The notes beneath the pieces were generated by a model. The model was not told the origin of the DNA. It worked only from the letters and a program-made list of their open reading frames with translations, and did no database searches. DNA of 64,000 nt from Candidatus Magasanikiibacteriota bacterium (GTDB taxonomy: Bacteria; Patescibacteriota; Patescibacteriia; Magasanikbacterales; UBA922). Below, piece after piece: positions 9,130 through 19,822 of the stretch (within the stretch, counting starts at the first letter, position 1; every line of letters starts with the position of its first letter). The stretch is from assembly GCA_018652595.1 (NCBI GenBank), contig JABIBU010000013.1, forward strand, positions 93,043-157,042, read 5' to 3'. The position numbers were made by a program, and so were the translations under genes.

Positions 9130-10329
9130 TCATTTTTTGGCAAGCTGTTGATAAATAGTATCTAAATTTTTTGTAATTTTAGTCCAATTATACTTGTTTT
9201 TGGCAACTATTCTAACCTCGCGGGCAAACTGATCCCTATCCACATCTTGAGCAAAATAATTGTAAATTGCCTCAGTCAAATCATCTGTATTATTTGGACG
9301 AACCAACACCCCACCATCTCTAGCCACAGACCTAACACCAGGTAAATCACTGGCCACCACTGGGACACCACTGGCCATAGATTCCAAAAGCACCATACCA
9401 AAAGCCTCGGCTTGGCTTACCGATGGCAATACAAATAAATCAGCCAAATTATAAAACTCAGGCAATTCTTCATTAGTGACCTTTCCAACAAACTTTACCA
9501 GACCAGACAATCCAGAAACTTTGGTCTGCATCTCAAAATCAGCACGCAAATCACCATCACCTACCAAAATACACTGAACCGGCGTTTCATTCTTTTTTAA
9601 TTTCGAAAGCGCCCTGAGTAATACTGGGACACCTTTGAAATGATGGGCCATATCCATTCCACCAACAAATAAAACTGTTGGCAACTCACTAGATAATTCT
9701 ATTTTTTCAAATAAATCTTTTGGTTTTTCTCTTGGTGCAAATCTATCCAAATCCACACCAAAAGGAAGCTCATGCCATTTTTCTGGATTGGCACGATAGA
9801 CTGCAACCGCATCACTACTTTCTATATAATCAAAGGAGCTAACCATAATGGCATCTGCTGAATTTAAAATTTTTGGCATCCAGAATTTGGAATAATACTT
9901 AAAAATCAAACCTTTCCAACCGGGTCCGCGCGTGTCCATATGATAAGTAATAACCAAAGGCTTGTCTGGATTTTTTAATTTCCATTTTCTAACAAGATTG
10001 GCAGTACCAAAAAAAGGATAGTGCAAGTGTACCAAATCAAACCCATCCAACTCTCTGCCAATTTGTGGTAAACGAGCAGCATTACCATATTGTATACTTG
10101 GCTTTAAACGTCGACCATAGTCTTGCATCTCTTCCTGCTTTTCAATATGCTCACCAACTTCTATGTCTTCTCTTCTTTCTTCAAACTTTTTTTCTTCATG
10201 GTAGTACAGTGGCGTAATGACCTCTACATCGTGCCCCAAGTCTGATAAATGACTGATTGTTTGAAACACAACATTGCCCATACCTCCGTAGTATGGTGGA
10301 TAAGTACAAACTATGTGGGCTATTTTCAT
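9130..10329 (-). CDS. GT4 glycosyltransferase
   Basis: MKIAHIVCTYPPYYGG start; EAFGMVLLESMASGVPVV. Confidence 0.92.
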   Translation of the reverse strand: MKIAHIVCTYPPYYGGMGNVVFQTISHLSDLGHDVEVITPLYYHEEKKFEERREDIEVGEHIEKQEEMQDYGRRLKPSIQYGNAARLPQIGRELDGFDLVHLHYPFFGTANLVRKWKLKNPDKPLVITYHMDTRGPGWKGLIFKYYSKFWMPKILNSADAIMVSSFDYIESSDAVAVYRANPEKWHELPFGVDLDRFAPREKPKDLFEKIELSSELPTVLFVGGMDMAHHFKGVPVLLRALSKLKKNETPVQCILVGDGDLRADFEMQTKVSGLSGLVKFVGKVTNEELPEFYNLADLFVLPSVSQAEAFGMVLLESMASGVPVVASDLPGVRSVARDGGVLVRPNNTDDLTEAIYNYFAQDVDRDQFAREVRIVAKNKYNWTKITKNLDTIYQQLAKK

Positions 10330-10342
10330 AAAATCAGCTCTA

Positions 10343-10669
10343 TTAAACACTATCCAAACTATCTTTTCTAACCACTTTAGTAATATCTCGCCCAATTGAC
10401 TCAATCTTTACATGCAATCGAAACAAAATAAAAAATATTATTGCCAGAGATACGTATAGTACTAGATCTGTTCCACGGCCAATACCTAAATAATTAGCCA
10501 ACTTTACAGTACTCTCAGGCCACCAAACAAAGATTGAGGCTAGTAACCAAAATACCACCCAAAAAATCGTACCTTTTGGGCCGAGTAAACTTTCCTTTTT
10601 CTTTTTTAAAACAGAAACTATCGCAAACAATGCGAAAGCTGTAAATAAAGTTTGGAATAATATAAGCAT
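10343..10669 (-). CDS. DUF2304 family membrane protein
   Basis: 3 TM helices, LANYLGIGRGTDLVLY motif, follows a GT2. Confidence 0.85.
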   Translation of the reverse strand: MLILFQTLFTAFALFAIVSVLKKKKESLLGPKGTIFWVVFWLLASIFVWWPESTVKLANYLGIGRGTDLVLYVSLAIIFFILFRLHVKIESIGRDITKVVRKDSLDSV

Positions 10670-10701
10670 AAATCAAGTCTTAAGTTATAAGTTTTAAATT
10701 A

Positions 10702-11361
10702 TTATCTCAAAAACTTCCCAAATACCAAATCTTTCACAACACCCAAACCATGTATCAATCCACCGCCATATTCATGGTACACTACTCGAACAGGATACTC
10801 AACATATTTTAAATCAAGCTTCTTGGCTTTGGCTGGAATCTCGGTAGCATGAGCCATTCTATCTTGTTCTATTTTTATCTGCTCTAGCGCTTTTCTATTT
10901 AAGATTCTAAAGCCATTGTGAATATCTGTCAAATTAACCCCACCAAATAATTTATTAAATAACCTAGCTGGTGGGAATAAAATATATTTTTTGAGCCAAG
11001 GAATTTTTGTTCTATCATCCAAAAATCTGGAACCAAACAATATATCAGAATTGGTTTTCTTTAGCTCTTCTAAAGCTGGTACAATATCACCCACATCAAA
11101 TTGCCCGTCACCATCAAAATGTAGTACATAATCAGCATTGTTTTTTAAGGCATAATCATGACCAGTTTGCAAAGCTGCCCCCTGACCACGATTTATTTTG
11201 TGTTGCAATACAGTGGCACCAGCCTTACTTGCATTTTCAATAGTTTTATCTTCTGAATTATCATCCACTACTACAACCTTATCAGTATGACCAAAAAGGC
11301 TCTGGACGACAGAGCCAATATTATTTTCTTCATTATATGCCGGAACTATCACTACAAACAT
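10702..11361 (-). CDS. GT2 polyprenol-phosphate sugar synthase-like
   Basis: VPAYNEE, VDDNSED, NRGQGAAL, FDGDGQ, GSRF. Confidence 0.9.
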   Translation of the reverse strand: MFVVIVPAYNEENNIGSVVQSLFGHTDKVVVVDDNSEDKTIENASKAGATVLQHKINRGQGAALQTGHDYALKNNADYVLHFDGDGQFDVGDIVPALEELKKTNSDILFGSRFLDDRTKIPWLKKYILFPPARLFNKLFGGVNLTDIHNGFRILNRKALEQIKIEQDRMAHATEIPAKAKKLDLKYVEYPVRVVYHEYGGGLIHGLGVVKDLVFGKFLR

Positions 11362-11376
11362 ATTTATTATTCACTA

Positions 11377-12393
11377 TTAACCCCCCAACATCTCTTTATT
11401 AGCTATTGTATAATCAATTGTCTTTTTCAAACCATCTTCCAAAAGGATCAAAGGAATCCACCCCAAATCTTCTTTTGCGCGTGTCAAATTTGGTATTCCT
11501 TTTGGTGTCAAAAATACCAGAGGATCCTCTGTGACGACTTGTGAAGATGAGTCTGTCATCTCAATTATCTTGCGGGCCACATCGCCTATCTTTATAGGCC
11601 TATCGTGACCCAAATTCACCAAAGACATTTCTGGTCCAGTCCTCATAAGTCGCACAATACCATCCACCATATCAGTAACATAACAAAGAGACTGTTCCAT
11701 ATCCTCAGTTCCATAAATCACCAAATCCTTGCCCTCAAGAGCGGCAATAATAAAATCCGGAATCAAAAAACCGTCACGCAATTTCATACGAGGCCCAAAA
11801 GTAGTAAATACACGCGCAATTTTTGCGTCTAAACCATAAACTTGACGGTATGTCTCAACACAGGTCTCTGCAAAACGCTTTCCCTCGTCATAACACCCTC
11901 GTGGAGACAGATGATTTACTATCCCCTCATCCTCTTCTTTAAAAACACTGTGCCCCTCTCTAGGTGGTCCATAAATAACTGAACTGGAAGCAAAAACATA
12001 CTTTGCCTTGTGTTTTACTGCAAGATCCAAAGTAGAGATCATTCCATTGGAATTTGCCCACAGAGAATTTAGTTTTAATTTTTCAAAATTCTTTGGGCTA
12101 GTTGGGCAAGCGAGGTGATAAATTTCTTGAATACCTTGAAATTTTACTTTAAATTTTGCCAACTCTTCAAAATCGTCCAGATCTATCTTTTTATTTGTAT
12201 CATATTTTATAAATTCAAAATCAGGATATTGTAAAAGATGTTCAATATTATTAATTTTGGAATTGGACAAATCATCCATGCAAATTACTTTGGCCTCTTT
12301 CAAAAGACGCTCACATAAATGTGAACCCAAAAATCCAGCCCCACCAGTAACAAGCACATTCTTTTTTTCAAAAATTGGTGTTTCTCCTATCAT
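11377..12393 (-). CDS. UDP-glucuronate decarboxylase (UDP-xylose synthase)-like SDR
   Basis: TGGAGFLGSHLCERL, IYHLACPTSP, PRGCYDEGKRFAET. Confidence 0.82.
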   Translation of the reverse strand: MIGETPIFEKKNVLVTGGAGFLGSHLCERLLKEAKVICMDDLSNSKINNIEHLLQYPDFEFIKYDTNKKIDLDDFEELAKFKVKFQGIQEIYHLACPTSPKNFEKLKLNSLWANSNGMISTLDLAVKHKAKYVFASSSVIYGPPREGHSVFKEEDEGIVNHLSPRGCYDEGKRFAETCVETYRQVYGLDAKIARVFTTFGPRMKLRDGFLIPDFIIAALEGKDLVIYGTEDMEQSLCYVTDMVDGIVRLMRTGPEMSLVNLGHDRPIKIGDVARKIIEMTDSSSQVVTEDPLVFLTPKGIPNLTRAKEDLGWIPLILLEDGLKKTIDYTIANKEMLGG

Positions 12394-12452
12394 ATTTTTA
12401 TGTTATCTTTTTATATATTAAATTATACCACATTGCTAATATGTCAACAATT

Positions 12453-14426
12453 TTAATAAGTTAACAATTCAAGATTTACATGACCCAAGCCTTCAAAAGG
12501 TTCCCACTCTGCTATTTTTTTTGCTCTATATGTCCAAACTCGCATCGGCTGATCACCTTTTTTTGCATAGACTGCTACATCGTCTTTGTTGTCTCCGTCA
12601 TAGTCTATAATATCTATATCTAGAGCCCCTATATAATTTAAATTATAAGGTGAAAACTTACGCTTCAGTTTACCATTGCTCTCCAAAAATAACAAAAATG
12701 CTGATTCTTTTTCTCCACCAGTCAAAACAAACTCATCGTCACCATCATTGTCTACGTCCCCAACAGTAATATCACCCCTATCATTAAAATATTTTATTTC
12801 TACACTCTTCAACAAACTTCCATTACCACGATATTTTTCTAATTTTAGGGAATTACTTTTGTAGTACACCACCACGTCATATTTTCCAGCGCTTCTTTTG
12901 TATAAATCTAGCGAAACACCTTTGTGGTTTTTTTCTAGATCAACTTTTTTCAGTAATTTTCCTTCCAGATTGTAAACCTGAAATAAATTCTTTGATTTAT
13001 TTTTTGGGGCAATAATTATCTCTTTATTACTATCACCATAAACATCTCCGACCACAATACTTTGCCCACCCTCAGCAGAGACTCTAAAACCACCAATCTG
13101 ATCACCTAATTTATTTTTTGTCAAAATTTCTATCTGACCCTCTACAAATGAATCTCTCGCTACTACAAATAAGTCAGCACCTGACTTTTTATAAACCGCC
13201 ACATCATAAATATCTTTCAAAAATAACTTATCATCCGAAAAACCGCGGTTATCTATCTTTTGATCCCAACTAGATCCAGTGTCTGTATTGAATGAAAGAA
13301 TGTGATTAAATTTAGAACCACCATTCAAAAAACCAGCAGCATACTTAACAGCCTCATTTGCTTGCACAAAACCAGCACCAAAAAGTTGAGCATAACCCTC
13401 AACATCATCATTTGGAGTACGGTGTACTGTGCTAATCAAGGCTTCCATGATCTCTATTGGATTCCAACTAGGTTGCAGACTCTTTACCAATGCCGCTACC
13501 CCACTTATAATTGGTGCTGCGAAAGAAGTTCCATTCCAACCACCCATATAACGATCTTTCAATCCATTGGTAGGTGAAAACCTAACCGTAGTAGAAATAT
13601 TGGCTCCAGGAGCAGTTATATCTATACAGTCTGATCCCGTATTAGAGAAGGATGTTAAATGGTGTTTTTCATTGGTAGCACTGACTCCAAATACTGTCTG
13701 GATATCACTACCAGAATCAAAGCATATTGGATAAAGAGAGTTGTCACCATTTAGAGAATATGAATTATTTCCAGCGGCCGCGACCACTAGTACATTCTTT
13801 TCGTAGGCATAATCAACCGCATCTTTCATTTCTTCTGTATAGTACCCAACCATGCTGATATTTATTATATCTGCTCCATTGTCTACTGCATAGCGAATTG
13901 CCTCATCCATAGTATCTAGGCTTCCAGAGCCAAGATTGCCCAAAACTTTTATATTCATTAGCTTGACTCTCCAATTTATCCCAACTCCATCTTTTTTGTT
14001 ATCTCCCCTAGCCCCTATCAGTCCCGCCACCATAGTACCGTGACTAAAAATCTGTTTAGATATTTCAGACTCATCCAAATTATCTACTTTCGGCCTAGGA
14101 TCATTATTATCATCAGCAAAATTCCAACCATAGACATCATCTATATATCCGTTATCGTCATCATCTAGACCGTTATTTTTTATCTCATCATTATTTATCC
14201 ACAAATTATCGCGCAAATCAGGATGAAAACTGTCAAAACCATTGTCAATTATGGCGACTATCACTTCGTCTGATCCAACAGTATAGTCCCAAGCTTCATA
14301 AAGGCCAATATCCTTATAGGCCCACTGATATACAAAAGGATCGTTTGGTTCTAGAGCCAAACAAAAACTAGGCATTAAAAAAATGCTTATTACCAAAAAT
14401 GATATTGATTTGTAATATTTAAACAT
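12453..14426 (-). CDS. secreted S8 subtilisin-like protease with C-terminal FG-GAP-like repeats
   Basis: Signal peptide; triad IIDNG, SHGTMVAG, GTSFAAP; GDVDNDGDDE-type repeats. Confidence 0.92.
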   Translation of the reverse strand: MFKYYKSISFLVISIFLMPSFCLALEPNDPFVYQWAYKDIGLYEAWDYTVGSDEVIVAIIDNGFDSFHPDLRDNLWINNDEIKNNGLDDDDNGYIDDVYGWNFADDNNDPRPKVDNLDESEISKQIFSHGTMVAGLIGARGDNKKDGVGINWRVKLMNIKVLGNLGSGSLDTMDEAIRYAVDNGADIINISMVGYYTEEMKDAVDYAYEKNVLVVAAAGNNSYSLNGDNSLYPICFDSGSDIQTVFGVSATNEKHHLTSFSNTGSDCIDITAPGANISTTVRFSPTNGLKDRYMGGWNGTSFAAPIISGVAALVKSLQPSWNPIEIMEALISTVHRTPNDDVEGYAQLFGAGFVQANEAVKYAAGFLNGGSKFNHILSFNTDTGSSWDQKIDNRGFSDDKLFLKDIYDVAVYKKSGADLFVVARDSFVEGQIEILTKNKLGDQIGGFRVSAEGGQSIVVGDVYGDSNKEIIIAPKNKSKNLFQVYNLEGKLLKKVDLEKNHKGVSLDLYKRSAGKYDVVVYYKSNSLKLEKYRGNGSLLKSVEIKYFNDRGDITVGDVDNDGDDEFVLTGGEKESAFLLFLESNGKLKRKFSPYNLNYIGALDIDIIDYDGDNKDDVAVYAKKGDQPMRVWTYRAKKIAEWEPFEGLGHVNLELLTY

Positions 14427-14433
14427 TTTAAAA

Positions 14434-15960
14434 TTATAAATTACTTAGATTTCCTTCTTTACTTACGCGCTGTGGAATAGATATTTTCTGGTCTCCCATG
14501 CTTACATTACCTGAATTACTAAAAGGTACAGTAATTGGTGATTTAACAATAAACTTAGCTTGGAAGTTATTAGATTTAAAACGCTTATCACTAGACTTAC
14601 TAGACACATAACGATAGGATCCTTCGTGATCACGATAGTAATATTTGTTATTTTTTCTAACTAGCGTACCTTTGGCATATTCATAAGTACCAGCACCTGC
14701 CTCAGTTATTGCACTTACCCCAACTGGTGAAAAACCACTGACCACTTCCACCCCGTCTTTAAAGCCATCATTATCACTATCATCGTCTACCGGATCAGAA
14801 AACCAATAAAAAATTTCTTCATAATCGGACAAACCATCAGAATCCGTATCTTTATTGTGATCACTAGAACCATATACATCTTCTGTGCTATCCTCTACTC
14901 CATCTTTATCGCTATCAGTATAATCTTCGTCTTCACCTAATAAATAGTGTGGATAATTGACTTTATAATAACTTTTTAAGACTAGATCTAACTCTAAAAT
15001 TCTGTTTGACCAATTTACCCCATAAATAAGACTGGCTTCTGCCTCTGAACGCAATAGTCTCAATTGGCAACCAGGTTCCACTGCATATACATGTGGCAAA
15101 CTTTTAAATTTTACCAACCAGGTACCCTGCCTCACACAAACAGGAGACCCAACTTTATATTGACTTAATTTTGAATTACTAACATATTGTATTTTGTCAA
15201 AATTTTCATGCCAAGAATGATAGATAGCACCATTGAAAAATGGATGGATCCTTCCATCATATCCCAAATAATAAACGGTGCTTACCTGCCCTTTGAGCAA
15301 GGTACCCTCTGAGATATAATAACCTGGCTGTTCATATCTAATTTCTTTTTTTATTGTTTTTGTCTCACCTCTGATATCCTTAAATTGAACAAATACTTCC
15401 TTGTCGCCAGTTTCTGCAGTTAAAATCCAGGCAGCAGTATCTTCTATCCACAACCAACTAGAATCTGAAAAATCGTTTGAATTGCTTATTCTAATTTTTT
15501 CTACTCCAGGTGACCAATCTAAATTTAATTGTATATAACGAGAATCAACAATCCCGTCACTCTCTTCGTCATCACCACCATCATCAACAATTTCGAAATC
15601 AACGGACATATTAATTGGTGAAGATAATAGTATATAATCCCGATAAATACCGGAAATATCGTTATCCTTGGTTTTAAATCGAACATATACAGTCTGATAC
15701 CCGCTACCATATTCCAAATACCATACTTTAGAAGTTTTGAAGGACTCCCAATTGGAACCGGAAAAATCAGCTATATTCGATATTCTCATCTCCTTAACAT
15801 TTTCTGGTCCTTTTAGGTATAGGTTTACTTTTCTAGCCTGAGTAGAAAGACTGCCTTTGTTAATTCGAACATATGGCTCTTCTACTGCCAAAACCCGAAA
15901 AACACCGCCAAAAACACAGGTAAATAAAATTAAGCAAAGAAAGACTTGATTTTTCTTCAT
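14434..15960 (-). CDS. secreted surface protein with DxDxDG Ca-binding repeats and a module shared with the S-layer-like protein
   Basis: Signal peptide; repeated ISN..DFS..W/VxVxFK unit; DSDKDG, DTDSDGLSD, DSDNDGFKDG. Confidence 0.8.
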   Translation of the reverse strand: MKKNQVFLCLILFTCVFGGVFRVLAVEEPYVRINKGSLSTQARKVNLYLKGPENVKEMRISNIADFSGSNWESFKTSKVWYLEYGSGYQTVYVRFKTKDNDISGIYRDYILLSSPINMSVDFEIVDDGGDDEESDGIVDSRYIQLNLDWSPGVEKIRISNSNDFSDSSWLWIEDTAAWILTAETGDKEVFVQFKDIRGETKTIKKEIRYEQPGYYISEGTLLKGQVSTVYYLGYDGRIHPFFNGAIYHSWHENFDKIQYVSNSKLSQYKVGSPVCVRQGTWLVKFKSLPHVYAVEPGCQLRLLRSEAEASLIYGVNWSNRILELDLVLKSYYKVNYPHYLLGEDEDYTDSDKDGVEDSTEDVYGSSDHNKDTDSDGLSDYEEIFYWFSDPVDDDSDNDGFKDGVEVVSGFSPVGVSAITEAGAGTYEYAKGTLVRKNNKYYYRDHEGSYRYVSSKSSDKRFKSNNFQAKFIVKSPITVPFSNSGNVSMGDQKISIPQRVSKEGNLSNL

Positions 15961-16023
15961 ATATATGCTAATATTAAATTGTTTTATGGTATAATTATAC
16001 CAAAAGTAACCACAAAATACAAT

Positions 16024-17412
16024 ATGAAAATTGTCTATAGGATAAAGCAGTTGATGTTAGGAAGTGGAGACTTCCTTGCTTTTGTTGTCGCATTTTGGCT
16101 AAGTCTAACAATTAGAAATTGGCAAATACCAAACTGGGAGAGACTTGAAGCTCATTTGAGCCTATTCTTCTTCCTTTTCTTGGTTTGGATAGTGGTCAAC
16201 TTTATTAATGGACTTTATGATTTGGGAAAGCTAAAAAATAAAGAAATTACTCGTCATTTTATAGAAGCCGGATTGATTTCACTAGTCTTAAGCTTTGTAC
16301 TCTCTTATATAATTCCGCACAAAGGTATCGAACCAAAAACAATTCTGATTTTGAATATTCTATTCGGATATATTCTTAGCTGGTCATGGCGACTAATCTA
16401 CAACAAATATATTGGACTAAAACGACTTAATAGCAATGTAATGTTTATTGGTTTCAATGAAGAAGCCAAGGAGCTTGTAGATATTTTACAAAATAATTTA
16501 GAGACTGGCTATAAAATTGCATGTCTAATTGATCCAGAAAACAAAGTGAAGTCTGTTGACTACCCATTTTTTGATGTTTATCACAATCTGAAGGCTATCC
16601 GACCAGCAGTGACTAATCATAGTATAGATCTGGTTGTAATTGCACCACACCTAAACAAACAAAAAGATACTTTGGGTGAAGTCTATGAGCTACTATTTTG
16701 GGGCACACAAATTTATGACATGCCAAATTTTTATGAAACAATCACTGGACGCATTACACCTTCTGTTTTTTCAGAAGGATGGTTTTTGGAAAACTTAAAA
16801 AATAAATATCACCCTATTTATGAAAAACTAAAAGCAGTTGTTGACGTAATAATCGGAATTATTATTGGCTTAATTACCATACTACTATTACCACTAATTG
16901 CTTTGGGCATAAAAACAAGCTCACCAGGTCCGATTTTCTACAAACAAAAAAGAATTGGCCAAGGAGGAGTAATATTTTCTCTTTATAAATTTCGCTCCAT
17001 GTATGCCCTAACAGATGACGGCGGAGCTGAGACAGGAGGGGCGCAATTTGCCATAAAAGATGACAAACGGGTAACTAGAGTAGGAAAATTTTTGAGAAAA
17101 TCTAGATTGGACGAAATACCTCAATTTATAAATCTTCTGAAACGTGATATCACCTTAATTGGGCCCAGACCAGAAAGACCTGAAATAGTGAAGCAACTAG
17201 AAAGCCAAATGCCATTTTACTCTCTTCGTCACATGGTAAAACCAGGACTAACTGGTTGGGCAGTGATTAACCAGCACTACACTGATACCTTAGAAAAATC
17301 TCTACAAAAAATCCAATATGACTTGTACTACATAAAAAATCAAGGCTTTCTGCTTGATTTATCAATACTGCTTAGAACAGTCAATGTTATTTTGAGAATG
17401 ATGGGACAATAG
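16024..17412 (+). CDS. priming polyprenyl-phosphate glycosylphosphotransferase (WcaJ/WbaP family)
   Basis: N-terminal TMs, YKFRSM, DDKRVTRVGKFLRKSRLDEIPQ, GPRPERP, VKPGLTGWA. Confidence 0.93.
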   Translation: MKIVYRIKQLMLGSGDFLAFVVAFWLSLTIRNWQIPNWERLEAHLSLFFFLFLVWIVVNFINGLYDLGKLKNKEITRHFIEAGLISLVLSFVLSYIIPHKGIEPKTILILNILFGYILSWSWRLIYNKYIGLKRLNSNVMFIGFNEEAKELVDILQNNLETGYKIACLIDPENKVKSVDYPFFDVYHNLKAIRPAVTNHSIDLVVIAPHLNKQKDTLGEVYELLFWGTQIYDMPNFYETITGRITPSVFSEGWFLENLKNKYHPIYEKLKAVVDVIIGIIIGLITILLLPLIALGIKTSSPGPIFYKQKRIGQGGVIFSLYKFRSMYALTDDGGAETGGAQFAIKDDKRVTRVGKFLRKSRLDEIPQFINLLKRDITLIGPRPERPEIVKQLESQMPFYSLRHMVKPGLTGWAVINQHYTDTLEKSLQKIQYDLYYIKNQGFLLDLSILLRTVNVILRMMGQ

Positions 17413-17460
17413 TCACTGGATCACCCTATTACCAAATCACTTAATCACATCGATAATTAA

Positions 17461-17485
17461 TAAAACTGCCGACTTGGCAGTTTTA
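17461..17485. terminator. bidirectional terminator between convergent genes
   Basis: TAAAACTGCC-gactt-GGCAGTTTTA. Confidence 0.8.
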
Positions 17486-17507
17486 TTGTGATAGGGTGAT
17501 AAGGTGA

Positions 17508-18413
17508 TTAAGTGATATTCCATTCTTCTTTCAGATTTTTAATTCCCTCTTCAAGCCCTATCGTCGGTCCCCAATCTAGTAGTTTTTTTGCTTTAGTATT
17601 GTCAGCCTCTATAAATTTCATCTCACCTGGTCTTTCATCAACATTTACAGATTCACCACCAATCAATTCTGCTATTTCATTTACACTGGTTTGCACTCCT
17701 GAACCAATATTTACTCCCCTACCATCGCTGATATCTGACTGCCAAGCTTTGATATTAGCTTCTACCACATCACTAACGTAAACATAGTCTCTAGTTTGTT
17801 TTCCGTCACCAACAATTGTTAATTTCTCTCCTCTTTTCTTTTGTCCTAAAAATATTGGAACTACCATTGGATATGAACCAGTATCCAATTTACGAGGACC
17901 GAACACATTAAAATACCTTAGGCACACCGCGTCAAGATCAAATAGCTGGTGGAATAAACGACAATAATTCTCCCCCATTAATTTGTGAAGTGCATATGGG
18001 TTCATTGGATCTGTAGAATGTTTTTCTGTGATTGGTAATTTTTCTTGATCACCATAAATAGCACAAGAAGAAGAAAAAATTACCTTCTTAACATTTGACT
18101 CTTTGGCAGCTAGCAAAATATTTAAAGTGCCTGTTACATTAATCTCATGAGTACTTATTGGATCTTCAATTGAAGTTTGCAACCTAGGATCAGCGGCTAG
18201 ATGAAAGACAACCTCTACATCTTTAAATAATTTCTTAATTTTTTCTAGATTACGTATGTCTGCTTTGTAAAATTTTGATTGTTTATTAATAAATTCCTTT
18301 TTGCCGAGCATCAAATTATCTATGACTATAACATCATGACCTAATTCTATTAATTTGTCTACCAAATGTGAGCCAATAAAACCAGCCCCACCTGTTACCA
18401 AACATTTTGACAT
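17508..18413 (-). CDS. NAD-dependent nucleotide-sugar epimerase (GalE/WbpP-like)
   Basis: TGGAGFIGSH, YALHK (YxxxK), LRYFNVFGP, GDGKQTRD. Confidence 0.9.
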   Translation of the reverse strand: MSKCLVTGGAGFIGSHLVDKLIELGHDVIVIDNLMLGKKEFINKQSKFYKADIRNLEKIKKLFKDVEVVFHLAADPRLQTSIEDPISTHEINVTGTLNILLAAKESNVKKVIFSSSCAIYGDQEKLPITEKHSTDPMNPYALHKLMGENYCRLFHQLFDLDAVCLRYFNVFGPRKLDTGSYPMVVPIFLGQKKRGEKLTIVGDGKQTRDYVYVSDVVEANIKAWQSDISDGRGVNIGSGVQTSVNEIAELIGGESVNVDERPGEMKFIEADNTKAKKLLDWGPTIGLEEGIKNLKEEWNIT

Positions 18414-18426
18414 ATATTTATTTTAA

Positions 18427-19818
18427 TTATTTTTTAGCTTTTAAAAATGGAGAACCCACAGCAACAATATTAAATCCGGCATTTTGCAAATCTTCATAGC
18501 GATGCTGAAGCATGCGACGACCATCCATTATAAGTGGTTTTTTATTCCCAACCCTTTCAAGAATAAGATCACCGAGGGATTTAAACTGTGGCCAATCAGT
18601 AGCAATAATAACAACATCGCAATCTGATAGAGCCTCTAATTCGCTATCTTTATATTTAATTGTTTTAGATTCTGGAAAAACTTGCTTGAAGTATTCCATC
18701 GCAGCTGGATCAAAAATACTAACTTCACTAATACCATTATCATTTAAAAAATGCATGATGTCAATACTTGGTGAGTTGCGAATGTCATTTGTATCGCGCT
18801 TGAAGGCAACACCGAGTAAAGCAACCTTCTTATCCTTCCAATTGAAATTAGCTTCATTTTTTGCTCTGCTAATAAATAATTCCAACTGTCTTTTGTTTCC
18901 CTGATATATTTCATTCACCAATGAAGCATCTGTGCCTGAAGTTTGTAACTGGTGAGACAGCGATCTAATGTCTTTTACCAGGCAACTACCACCAGCATAT
19001 AGACTGTCAAAAAATCCCCAATTACCTATCCTCTTGTCTGTAACCAAGACATTTCGGATATTTTCAAATTTTAAATCTTCAAAAGTTTCACAAGTTCTAC
19101 CTATTACATCATAACAGGCAATTAGCTTGTAAGCTAAATAAAAATTAGCCAATAACTTGCTCGCTGCTGCCTCTTTTGGATTGATCTCGATATAACTTAC
19201 TGTTGGAGAATTATAAAATCTCTCATAAACCTCTCGCATAATTTTAAAATCCTCTTCTTTCCAAGCACCGACGACAACTCTATCAGGTTTTAGGGAGCCT
19301 TGCACAGCCTTTCCTTCTACCAAAAATTCTGGATTAGAAACTACACCATAATTTTTAACCCCGGCCTTATCCATTATCTCTTGGGTCTTGTCTACCATAT
19401 CAATCGGCACAGTGCTTTTATTAACTATGACAATATATTTATCCTGCTTTTTTTTATTTCTATTTAGCAATGCTTGAGATAATTTATCAGCAGCATCAAA
19501 ATAATAGTTCAAATTACTCTCGCCGGTTTCACCAATCTCTGGGGTTGGCAGACACATAAAAATAGCACCACATACATCCAAAAAACTCTCAACTTTTTTA
19601 TAATCGGCAGTAAATTCAATACGTTCTTTGTTACGCACAAGAAGATCTCCCAGACCTTCTTCAAAAAGACAAGACTCTATCGTGCCCCGATCACCGGAGG
19701 AAAGCATTTTAATTTTTTTCTCATCTATATCATAAACAAGGACATTGTGTCCAGAAGAGGCTGAGATAGCCGCTGAGCAGGCTCCCACGAAGCCCGAACC
19801 TATATATAGTATGTTCAT
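18427..19818 (-). CDS. ugd: UDP-glucose/GDP-mannose 6-dehydrogenase
   Basis: IGSGFVG, KSTVP, SNPEFL, GGSCLVKD, FKRDTNDIRNSP. Confidence 0.85.
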   Translation of the reverse strand: MNILYIGSGFVGACSAAISASSGHNVLVYDIDEKKIKMLSSGDRGTIESCLFEEGLGDLLVRNKERIEFTADYKKVESFLDVCGAIFMCLPTPEIGETGESNLNYYFDAADKLSQALLNRNKKKQDKYIVIVNKSTVPIDMVDKTQEIMDKAGVKNYGVVSNPEFLVEGKAVQGSLKPDRVVVGAWKEEDFKIMREVYERFYNSPTVSYIEINPKEAAASKLLANFYLAYKLIACYDVIGRTCETFEDLKFENIRNVLVTDKRIGNWGFFDSLYAGGSCLVKDIRSLSHQLQTSGTDASLVNEIYQGNKRQLELFISRAKNEANFNWKDKKVALLGVAFKRDTNDIRNSPSIDIMHFLNDNGISEVSIFDPAAMEYFKQVFPESKTIKYKDSELEALSDCDVVIIATDWPQFKSLGDLILERVGNKKPLIMDGRRMLQHRYEDLQNAGFNIVAVGSPFLKAKK

Positions 19819-19822
19819 ATCA

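Noticed and set aside
12422-12447. TTGACA...TATAAT promoter on the minus strand
   Set aside because: Spacer is only 14 bp; at most an extended -10 promoter, so not called
15946-16023. Upstream start extensions in the ORF track (also 10404, 41195, 29517, 50082, 2644)
   Set aside because: They use non-ATG starts or overlap neighbouring genes; downstream ATGs match family N-termini or an RBS better
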